Source: Tubulanus polymorphus
Lineage: Eukaryota; Animalia; Nemertea
Direction of reading: 5' to 3'
NCBI RefSeq assembly: GCF_964204645.1
Contig: NC_134035.1
Coordinates: forward strand, 372,001-436,000
Length of the DNA stretch: 64,000 nt
A model generated the notes under the pieces. The model did no database searches. It was not told the origin of the DNA and was given only the letters and a program-made list of their open reading frames with translations. This document shows positions 26,001-38,000 of this stretch, piece by piece. The number at the start of each line of letters is the position of its first letter. The first letter of the stretch is position 1. The translations under genes and the position numbers were made by a program.

Positions 26001-29000
26001 GGATTCGAACCCAATAGCTTATAACAATCTACACACCTAAGTCCTCGAAATACCGAACAGAAAATCGACATCCTCCTATTTCAATTTCTCAAGTATTTCG
26101 AGTTTGAACATGAAATATCTGAGCGTTCACTTAAAATACAAGTAGCGGTATGTTTGGATGAATTTCAAGGGGGGCCAAAAGGACACAAGGATTTTGGTGG
26201 CCCATCTCATCAAATCTTACATCATATGAAAGCCATGATTATTTACTACAAAATAACACTAACTTGTAATGCATGGAAATAAACAGCCAATGAGCTATTC
26301 GGTATCGCGATAAACTTGGATTTTAATTTGAATTTTCTGAGGAGTAATCGACACTACATAGTGCAATTCCTGAGTGCTAATGGATTAAAGTTGATGTAAA
26401 GTTGATGTTAAGACAGGATCATCTACGAGGGAATACACGGGAAACGAATGACGCTTAATTATAAAATTGAAACTTACTCGTGCAGGAATGGCCGCTGCCG
26501 CTGTTGGTTTCGTCTGCAATAAAAGAAAGAAAATTCAGTAAGTTTTTTTTTAAATATTTCATATTCAGCAGCAAACGTTAAACACAGAAGACACAAAAAC
26601 TGGGCAGGTTTAATATCTGTGTCTGGAAATCGATGAAAATCGCAAAAAATAATTGCCCATAGGCCAAGAGGTTTACCACAGCCTTATGAAATGCTTATAT
26701 CAGGTAACGAAATAGGGATGTAAAGTGTAAGGTGCGAGAAGTTTTGGTCTCGGTTAGAGAAATGAACGTAATCATAAAATCGTAATTATAAAATAGAAAC
26801 TTACTCGTGCAGGAATGGCCGCTGCCGCTGTTGTTGTTGTTGGTGGTTGTTTCTGCTGCAATAAAAGAAAGAAAATTCAGTTTTGTTTTAAATTTCATAT
26901 TCAGCAGCAAACGTTAATAAACACAGTAGACATAAAAACTGGACAGGTTCATATAGATATCTGTATCTGAAAAATGATTTTGATGTCATTAGCATAAATT
27001 TCTTACATTAAGTTAAAATCAAACATGCCACATGGTAAATCATTTTGAAGGGAATCGAACTCAGATTAAATTCTGTAACTTTTGACAAAATTCTGATGAA
27101 AAGCTCTTTAAGAATCGATTGTTATATTATTTGATGATCATTGGTTTACATATATCTGTTGGTTAATATTATCAATGAACTTGTGGTCCAGTCGCCAATC
27201 CCACGCGAAAAATGATTTGGACGCTTGATAATCAGACTTATTTGATATTCAACGCCCCCTGGTGAAAATATACAAAAACCGTTGACCTTGAAACTCGTCA
27301 CTATCATAGAAAATGTCGCAAGTGAACAGATGGAGAGATGAACAGACGGACAAAAAAGTCCATGATACAGAAAACTTCAAACTTACAAATGCTGCTGCTG
27401 TTTTTGCTGCTGTTTTTGCTGCTGCTGCTGCTGCTGCTGCTGCTTTCGTCTGCTATAAAAGAAAAGAGAATTCATGAATTTCTTGCGTTATTTCGTATTC
27501 AGTTGCAAACATTAAACATAGATCATATCTTGATTAAAACAAAAGAAACAAAAAACAAGTTTTTTATCTGTGTTTGGAAAAACTCTGATATTTATGTAAC
27601 TTTGAAATTGATATTTCTGTATTCGTTTGTTTTACGGTTTAAAAGATATAAAGTCCATTAAACAGACAAATTCAAACTTACTTCTAATGCTTTTTTTTTC
27701 CTTTCCCTCTGGAAAGAAAAGAGAATTAATTTATTTAGTTTTGTTATTTCAGACTCAGTAACTGTGTGACCTAAATCCGCCTGTAATTATTCGAAAGAAT
27801 TTACTTACTTCCATTTTTCTCTTCTCTTTCAGAGTCTATTAAATAAAAACGATTCAATTAAATTCTTTTTCTATTTTCAAGAGTGATGAGAGTAATCAAC
27901 AAAAGAAATTTCGGCGACGATAAACTAGAAATTATTGTGTGATTGTTTGGTATCAGCTGAGCTGTTAAAATGAGGAGAAACTAAAACTTAGCAAAGTGGC
28001 AACAACTGGAAGACAGGTAAAGAATGTTGCAGTCTTCGTAAAAAACGACAGAGTTTACTTAATTTGTTATTGACTTCGAAAGAATTAAGCTTAGCCGTCT
28101 TAAAGCGAAGTTTCACGGGAATCCATCGAGAAATACAGGGCAAACTTTGGTTTTTCGTAGCTAGTCGACCAATGGTTGGAAATCACTGAACGCCCGATAG
28201 CTCAGTCGAAACATATTCCAGCCATCTTGGAATCATGAAGTCCGAACTACAGCGACCGTGCTCAATACCACAGTCGATCATTTCTGACTATAGTCATAAC
28301 TGACATTCTGTTGCACTTAGTTCACAAATAGTCGACTAACTGCGATAACCAAAGTTCGTCCAGGCTTTGTAGCGCTAAAAATAAATTCAAGATGGCCGCC
28401 GATGACATCCTTCAATAGGGGTTAACGTGTGCCCTATATCGCACCGAGGATTGCAGGCTGGATGATGCTGGGACTGCACACACTGAGTAAGATTAGATGG
28501 CCCCCACAACCGAAGAAACATTAATATACTCTCATATTATAGTTGTCATAATCAAGTATGGATATTATTAACACTATTATTCTTACCTCCTGCGCGACGA
28601 GCCGGTCGCGTAGTTCGTGGGCGTACTCGTAGCAGTTGTCAACTGCTACTTTCGGCCCACGAACTACCACGATGGCATGAACTCTCGGCAAATCTACCAT
28701 CACTTGCTGTAAATAGAGAACAAAAGAGACCGTATGAGCATTTTAAATCAGTAGCAGTTTGAAAGTGATGAGAAATAAACGTCATTCACTGAAAGCTCGT
28801 TATATACAACAATGAATTTCAGTAATCTGTTCGTTTATAATCGATATGAAATTATTAAAATGTTTTATTTTGGACGGAATTCTCAGGTTTATAATAAAAC
28901 TAACAAATAGTTAGATAAGTCGTTATATCCAAAGTCATTTTAACGTGAAAGTAATGAATTGAATACAAAATGTATAGAGCATTTTCACCCTTTGACTGTT

Positions 29001-32000
29001 TAATTTATGTAATCAAAGTGGCTCCCCCTAGGGTAAGCTGCACTTCCTTTGAAATCAATCTTTTTCACATTACCGGATGTTTTCGCGTCAGCGTCTTCTG
29101 GAACGAGGCCCTGAGCGACGTCCCCAACTTTAATTCGAAAACTGTTTCGATTTCCTGAAATATAAATGAAAAATTTTACATCTCCATAAATATCAATTAG
29201 AGGAAAACTGAAAGAGGTGTTTATTGACACCTTGAATGACACATGAATTGCTTGTCAACGATTGACGATATATGAATTAATCGGGGTCGAATTCTGTATT
29301 TTCCTTTCATAGGAATGAAAGTTACGAAAGCAGTGTTGTCGTATGTCAGTTACATCTTTATTCTTCAAGTTCTCCGTGTTCCTGTTCCGTCCGATGAGTC
29401 GGGGTAGTCAATCAGTGTGACTACTAGCAGGATCAATAAATATATGTTGAATTTGAATATATCGATGATTGAATTGAACTGACCGGCAAAATCTCTAGTC
29501 TCTAGCCCCGATATATCAACGAGGTAATACCGGTACACAAATGTCTATTGCCAATAAGACATATATAAAATTTATCGAACAGAAAACATACAGAATGAAA
29601 TATGTTATATTCAGAGTTGCCACTTATGTGAAGCTAAAAATCCGGAAAATAAGTCGGGGGTCTGGGGCCCTCCCCCAAAAATTTTTTTTAAATTAGAACG
29701 CCAGGAGATGCGTTCTGGCGCAATACGCGTTATAGGCCTCACTTTCATTACCGCCTATAGATCTTTTTTTCAAATAGCAATTGGCTCCGGCAAATACACC
29801 TCATATATAAACCAGAGCCAAAAAACAAACGAAGCGTCAGTCGATTTCGATCGTCGCGTCATCTTGGTTTAATCGTGTACTGCACGCGGGGTTGTTGCCA
29901 CTACGTGGCAGCACAATACGGCTTTTTCGAACCCTCTACGGAGCCGTCACGTTTTGATGTTTAGGGTCGAATCCCGAATTGATTTTATTTTTTTCGCGAT
30001 GTTTTCTTTTGTGGTTATTTGACTTCTCCCGAAAATCCGGAAATGAAATTGGATTTTTTTTAAATCCGGAATTCCGGAGAAATCCGGAGAAGTGGCAACA
30101 CTGTATATTACAAAATGGATAAGCGAACATTCACAATTGTAATTGTTATTTTGAAATGCTTCAATATTGAAATCTTCACCTGTCAAGGGATTTGAACCCA
30201 CTACGCTAAAGCTGTTCCCCGAACCCCCTGACCTCACGAGTCGTTGGAGTCGTTACTAGCCGACCAGAATCCGGTCGTACCAATCACAGCGCTTGTAACA
30301 AACCGTCAGTAGACTTATGTTGGTTTTCCCGTTAAATAGACCAATCAGCGAACGTTTTACCGAACAAGGAAGTATTTCGCAAATCGATATATGACGTCAC
30401 GCGCAACAGCGCCAGTAATGAAATCACACTTCATGAGGCCAGGGGGCTGGTGGAAGCGAGTTCGGGAGTGATACCGGACCCCTGGCAAGCGTTATATTAC
30501 AAAATGGATAAGCGAACATTCACAATTGTAACTGTTATTTTGAAATGCTCCAATATTGATGACGTAGCGCACATTGACTCACACAAAACCATAGGCGTCC
30601 CCGAGGGGTGCAGGGGTAGCGGACCCTTTTCAAGATAGCTAACTTCTCAAGTTAACATGTAATCAATGTTCAAGATTTTTCTTGCCAATTTGACTTAAGT
30701 CCTTTAACTCTAAGTGATTCATTTAGAGCCTGGAAAACGTCTCTAAAGCCTCAAATTTAAAAAAAAGTTTTTTGGGGGAGGCCCCCCAAACACCAGACAT
30801 TGTGCTTGGATGCTGGATTGATGCTTATTCGAACCCCGTATGAAAATTTCTGGGGACGCCTATGAGAACCTGTTTTAAATAACGCACAGGTATGAATGTA
30901 TATGAACATCGTTGTAATTCCGGTTTTTACGGCATCAAAAAAGTTGCGATATTTGCTTCGCTATTAACACTCCCTCCCGTTAAATAATACAGTCGAAGTA
31001 CCAAAAAATTGCATCAAAAGATTGAATCGTGAGAGCATCTCAAAAACGACATTTCAATAAATTGTCGTTAAGCCCTTGGGTTGTTTATCCTATACCTGAA
31101 ATTTAAGGAGTTAGCAAATAAACTGGTCGCTGAGCTATAATTAATTGGAGAGGCGCAGTGGCCAAGTGGACTAAGCCGCCGGTCACTGGTCTCGTCAATC
31201 CAGGGTTTATAGGTTCAAACCCTTGTGACGACAGAGTTTCTTAGTCGAATGTTTTTCTCTGGTCTCTTAAACAACGAATCCACTTATAATGCCATGTGTG
31301 GCGCTTAGCGTTTTGAGGCTCTTAAAAAGAGCTATAATTCGTGCAAATTAGATCATTTTTCAAAAAATTGTTACCAATCTTTTCTAAGGGTCAGTCATAC
31401 CCTAGAAACCTTTCAATTAACATTAAGCTCATCTCTTACAGTTTTCACTCTATGGAGCTCGAAAGTTTCTATCGATTTTCCTACTTTTATGTTACCAATG
31501 ATGGGCACTCTGAGTGTTTTTTTTTATCAAATCACCCGTGAGTGCTGAAAGAGTTATGCCCTTGGATGATATATACTGGGAGGTGGGTTGATCCGACGTG
31601 GCTCCTTAACTCATTTCCACCCAAACACGTACTCGTATGTTCGTTATCTCCCATCACATTCCTGCCAAAACCGTACTGGCAAAATGGTTGGCTTGTTTCT
31701 TAACTCAAAACCGTACCGATACGGTTGGCTTGTTTCTTAACTCAAAACCGTACCGATACGGTTTGCTTGATTCTTAACTCAAAACCGTACCGATACGGTT
31801 GGCTTGATTCTTAACTCAAAACCGTACGGATACGGTTGGCTTGGTTCTTAACTCTAACGATAGATGGCGAATTCATCGCACAACACCAGTTAGTTTAATG
31901 CCTTTTACTACTAAACAAACTCATCAGTTGTTCTATACAGTGTGCGAGTGACATCATCTATTGAAATGGGGGCTGAACACGCATGAACGAGCATATATTC

Positions 32001-35000
32001 TGCAAAATACTCCCTCTGCACTGGTTATCGCTACAGATTTTATCACTCTTAGAAGAAATGCCGCTTATTTTACATGAAAATGCAAGACCAGATCAAAGAT
32101 ATAAAACAAATTTGATGAGAAGATATCTCTTCTTGTTTTTGTTTTATGAATCTCTGAAAAACACGGAAATCCTGGCAAAACGCAGCATTGCCTGAAAAAT
32201 AGGCGTGGCAGGCAAAGAGTTACGAATGTTCTTCATTTATATTCCCGCTTTTTTTCTCATATACCCTAATTATTCACTCGCCTTAAGCCCGCCGCACCGG
32301 CATAACATTTGTTTCGCCAAAACATAAAACACACTTTTCAGAACACGTTTTGCCCACAAACAATAAAATGTTCAACGGACACGACATTTTGCTGTTCGGC
32401 GTTTTGTGTTTTGCCTTCCCCGCACACGGCATAACAAAAAACAGGCTTTAACCTCATGTACTAACACAATACAAATCATTTTCATCTCAAGTCTCAACAT
32501 ATTACAATTGATAACCAGCCAACAGAATGGATACATCTAAACTTACTTCGATGTCTGGGGACGCCAACGTGGACCTCGTTCCAGTGTGATGCTGTAAAAG
32601 AATAAAATTCATTAATACAAAGCCTAGGAATTGGTAAATCGACCATGGAAAACATCATCTTGTTTTGCAGAAAATCTACCAGGCGAAAGAAAAAAACGAG
32701 TCGGAATCTATTCAATCGTTGCGCTTATGAAAATCAGCACCAGTTTATGGGCATAAAAATGTGCGCCAAGAATTGAATTTGATGACCAATACAAATAAAC
32801 CAAAAATAGACAGGTTTGATATCTGTAACCGAACTGGATTTAGAGCCGCCTTTTTTCAGGTCAAAAACGATAAGTTACGAAGGGAATCGAACTCCGATTA
32901 AATTCTGTAACTTTGATGATAATTCTGACGAAAAACTCATAAGAATCGGTTGTTTCAAGGTAACAGAAGAATTTATACTTACTGCCTTTGCTGCTGTTTG
33001 TTTACGCTGATGATATGAAAGAAAAAAAGAGAATTCCTTTTAGTTTTGTTATTTCACGTTCACACGTTAAATACAGTAAATATAAATACATCAATAAGAG
33101 ATACATAAAATATATGCACATATATCCGTGAGCAAATGCTTCCAGATTTTACTGTGTGTGCTAATGTTATATAAAAGAAACTTGATATATAAAATAATTC
33201 TAAGTGACGGGAATTTATTTCATTGAAAGCAGGATTATTTTCATGACTTTGTTCCTGGTATGAAATATACGATGAAAATCACAAACAAATCATCGTCTGT
33301 CAGAAAGAAATAAACACCACAGAAATTCCATGATACAGAAAACTTCTCACTTACTTCTGGTGCTGTTGTTCTTGTCGTCGTCGAATTCTGTCGCAATAAA
33401 AAAAAAAGAGAATTCATGAATTTCTTGCATTATTTCATATTCAGTAGCAAACATTAAACACAGGAGATCATATTATAATTAAAACAAAAGACAAGTTTTA
33501 TATCTGTATTCGGGAAAAACCTCGATATTTCAGTATTCGTTTGTTTTAGGGTTTTATTTAAACAATATAAAGTCCATTAAACAGAAAAATTCAAACTTAC
33601 TGTATTCGTCGCTGTTTGTCTGTTCTGTTGCAATAAAAGAAAAGAGAATTCATTAATTTCTTGCATTAAAACTCTGATCTCTGTAACTTTGATATTTCTG
33701 TATTCGTTTGTTTTACAGTTTGATTCAAACGATATAGAGTCCATGAAACAGAAAAATTCAAACTTCTGTTGTCGTTGCTGCTGCTGCTGCTGCTGCAGCA
33801 GCAAACTGTCGCGATGAAAGAATAGTAATTAATTGCGTTGTTATTTCATATTGAGTAGCACACATTTAACAGAGATCATTATTAAAACGAATACCAGACA
33901 GGTTTAATATCTGGAAAAAAATTTCATCAGAGTAAACTTGTTACAATGAGAGAAAACCAAAAACACCACGCGATAAATCAGTTTGATAATTCCTGTTATC
34001 GGGATATTTGCACTTTAAAAATGACAATTGTAATTATCATCATTACTATTATCGTTGTTACTACGAGTATGATGATAATTATGAAAGACGAAATCAGTTA
34101 CAACTTGCTTAAAGAGTTATGAAGTTTCAATGACTCTCAGCGAAAATGGTAGATATCATATTCCACCGAGGAGATTAATAGAAAACTTACAAAATGAATT
34201 TCCGCTTCTACTGTTATCTAGAAAAGAGAATTAACATTCATATCTATAAAAATCATTCATTAAATGATCAATGAATCTAAGCACCAGTTTTATGGAGACC
34301 AATGTTTACTTTAATAAATCTGGGTTAACTTGATTAAAAGTGAATTCAGTTAACTGAGCACGGGTTAAACATAATACCAGTCTAACCGGCTTCAGAGGAC
34401 CAGGTTAAACAAAACAGGTTTACATAAAATGATATCATAAAATCTAAACTTACTGGCGGCGGAATTTCCTCCAGGACTTCTGGCTGTTAGAAAAGAACAA
34501 TAACATTCACATTCAGGTCAAAAACGATAAGTTATGAAGGGAATCAAACTCCGATTAAATTCTGTAATTTTGATGATAATTCTGTTGAAAAACTCATAAG
34601 AATCGGTTGTTTCAAGGTAACAGAAGAATTAATACTTACTGCCTTTGCTGCTGTTTGTTTACGCTGATGACATGAAAGAAAAAAAGAGAATTCATTTTAG
34701 TTTTGTTATTTCACGTTCACACGTTAAATACAGTAAATATAAATACATCAATAAGAGATACATAAAATATATGCACATATATCCGTGAGCAAATGCTTCC
34801 AGATTTTACTGTGTGCGCTAATGTTATATAAAAAAAACTTGATTATAAAATAATTCTAAGTGACGGGAATTTATTTCATTGAAAGCAGGATTATTTTCAT
34901 GACTTTGTTCCCGGTATGAAATATACGATGAAAATCACAAACAAATCATCGTCTGTCAGAAAGAAATAAACACGACTAGAAATTCCATGATACAGAAAAC

Positions 35001-38000
35001 TTCTCACTTACTTCTGGTGCTGTCGTTTTTGTCGTCGTCGTCGTCGTCGCTGAATTCTGTCGCAATAAAAAAAGAAGAGAATTCATGAATTTCTTGCATT
35101 ATTTCATATTCAGTAGCAAACATTAAACACAGGAGATCATATTATAATTAAAACAAGAGACAAGTTTTATATCTGTATTTGGAAAAACCCTGAAATTTCT
35201 GTATTCGTTTGTTTTAGGGTTTTATTTAAACAATATAAAGTCCATTAAACAGAAAAATTCAAACTTACTGTATTCGTCGCTGTTTGTCTGTTCTGTTGCA
35301 ATAAAAGAAAAGAGAATTCATTAATTTCTTGCATTAAAACTCTGATCTCGGTAACTTTGATATTTCTGTATTCGTTTGTTTTACAGTTTGATTCAAACGA
35401 TATAGAGTCCATGAAACAGAAAAATTCAAACTTCTGTTGTCGCTGCTGCTGCTGTTGCAGCAGCAAACTGTCGCGATGAAAGAATAGTAATTAATTGCGT
35501 TGTTATTTCATATTGAGTAGCACACATTTAACAGAGATCATTATTAAAACAAATACCAGACAGGTTTAATATCTGGAAAAAGATTTCATCAGAGTAAACT
35601 TGTTACAATGAGAGAAAACCAAAAACACCACGTGATAAATCAGTTTGATAATTCCTTTCATCGGGATATTTGCACTTAAAAAATGACAATTGTAATTATT
35701 ATCATTACTATTATCGTTGTTACTACGAGTTTGATGATAATTATGAACTATATGCGCAAATATAAGCGTATGTGTAAGTGAGCGCGCACACAAACTGAAG
35801 ACGAAATCAGTTACAACTTGCTTAAAGAGTTATGAAGTTTCAATGACTCTCAGCGAAAATGGTAGATATTATATTCCACCGAGGAGATTAATAGAAAACT
35901 TACAAAATGAATTTCCGCTTCTACTGTTATCTAGAAAAGAGAATTAACATTCATATCTATAAAAATCATTCATTAAATGATCAATGAATCTAAGCACCAG
36001 TTTTATGGAGACCAATGTTTACTTTAATAAATCTGGGTTAACTTGATTAAAAGTGAATTCAGTTAACTGAGCACGGGTTAAACATAATACCAGTCTAACC
36101 GGCTTCAGAGGACCAGGTTAAACAAAACAGGTTTACATAAAATGATATCATAAAATCTAAACTTACTGGCGGCGGAATTTCCTCCAGGACTTCTGGCTGT
36201 TAGAAAAGAACAATAACATTCACATTCAGGTCAAAAACGATAAGTTATGAAGGGAATCAAACTCCGATTAAATTCTGTAATTTTGATGATAATTCTGTTG
36301 AAAAACTCATAAGAATCGGTTGTTTCAAGGTAACAGAAGAATTAATACTTACTGCCTTTGCTGCTGTTTGTTTACGCTGATGACATGAAAGAAAAAAAGA
36401 GAATTCATTTTAGTTTTGTTATTTCGTTCACACGTTAAATACAGTAAATATAAATACATCAATAAAAGAGATACATAAAATATATGCACATATATCCGTG
36501 AGCAAATGCTTCCAGATTTTACTGTGTGCGCTAATGTTATATAAAAAAAAATTGATATATAAAATAATTCTAAGTGATGGGAATTTATTTCATTGAAAGC
36601 AGGATTATTTTCATGACTTTGTTCCCGGTATGAAATATACGATGAAAATCACAAACAAATCATCGTCTGTCAGAAAGAAATAAACACCACAGAAATTCCA
36701 TGATACAGAAAACTTCTCACTTACTTCTGGTGCTGTTGTTCTTGTCGTCGTCGAATTCTGTCGCAATAAAAAAAAAAAAGAGAATTCATGAATTTCTTGC
36801 ATTTTTTCATATTCAGTAGCAAACATTAAACACAGGAGATCATATTATAATTAAAACAAAAGACAAGTTTTATATCTGTATTCGGAAAAACCCTGAAATT
36901 TCTGTATTCGTTTGTTTTAGGGTTTTATTTAAACAATATAAAGTCCATTAAACAGAAAAATTCAAACTTACTGTATTCGTTGCTGTTTGTCTGTTCTGTT
37001 GCAATAAAAGAAAAGAGAATTCATTAATTTCTTGCATTAAAACTCTGATATCTGTAACTTTGATATTTCTGTATTCGTTTGTTTTACAGTTTGATTCAAA
37101 CGATATAGAGTCCATGAAACAGAAAAATTCAAACTTCTGTTGTCGTTGCTGCTGCTGCTGCTGCTGCAGCAGCAGCAGCAGCAGCAAACTGTCGCGATGA
37201 AAGAATAGTAATTAGTTGCATTGTTATTTCATATTGAGTGGCACACATTTAACAAAGATCATGATTAAAACGAATACCAGACAGGTTTAATATCTGGAAA
37301 AAGATTTCATCAGAGTAAACTTGTTACAATGAGAGAAAACCAAAAACACCACGCGATAAATCAGTTTGATAATTCCTTTTATCGGGATATTTGCACTTTA
37401 AAAATGACAATTGTAATTATCATCATTACTATTATCGTTATTACGAGTTTGATGATAATTATGAACTACATGCGCAAATATAAGCGTATGTGTAAGTGAG
37501 CGCGCGCACAAACTGAAGACGAAATCAGTTACAACTTGCTTAAAGAGTTATGAAGTTTCAATGACTCTCAGCGAAAATGGTAGATATCATATTCCACCGA
37601 GGAGATTAATAGAAAACTTACAAAATGAATTTCCGCTTCTACTGTTATCTAGAAAAGAGAATTAACATTCATATCTATAAAAATTATTCATTAAATGATC
37701 AATGAATCTAAGCGCCAGTTTTATGGAGACCAATGTTTACTTTAATAAATCTGGGTTAACTTGATTAAAAGTGAATTCAGTTAACTGAGCACGGGTTAAA
37801 CATAATACCAGTCTAACCGGCTTCAGAGGACCAGGTTAAACAAAACAGGTTTATATAAAATGATATCATGAAATCTAAACTTACTGGCGGCGGAATTTCC
37901 TCCAGGACTTCTGGCTGTTAGAAAAGAACAATAACATTCACATTCATTAGAATTATTTGAAAAATAAGCATCTGGGGGCGGTTGCACGTCAATCGAGACT

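Noticed and set aside
31147-31230. tRNA genes here and at 59116 and 61775
   Set aside because: A/B boxes are present but cloverleaves are incomplete; treated as SINE heads.
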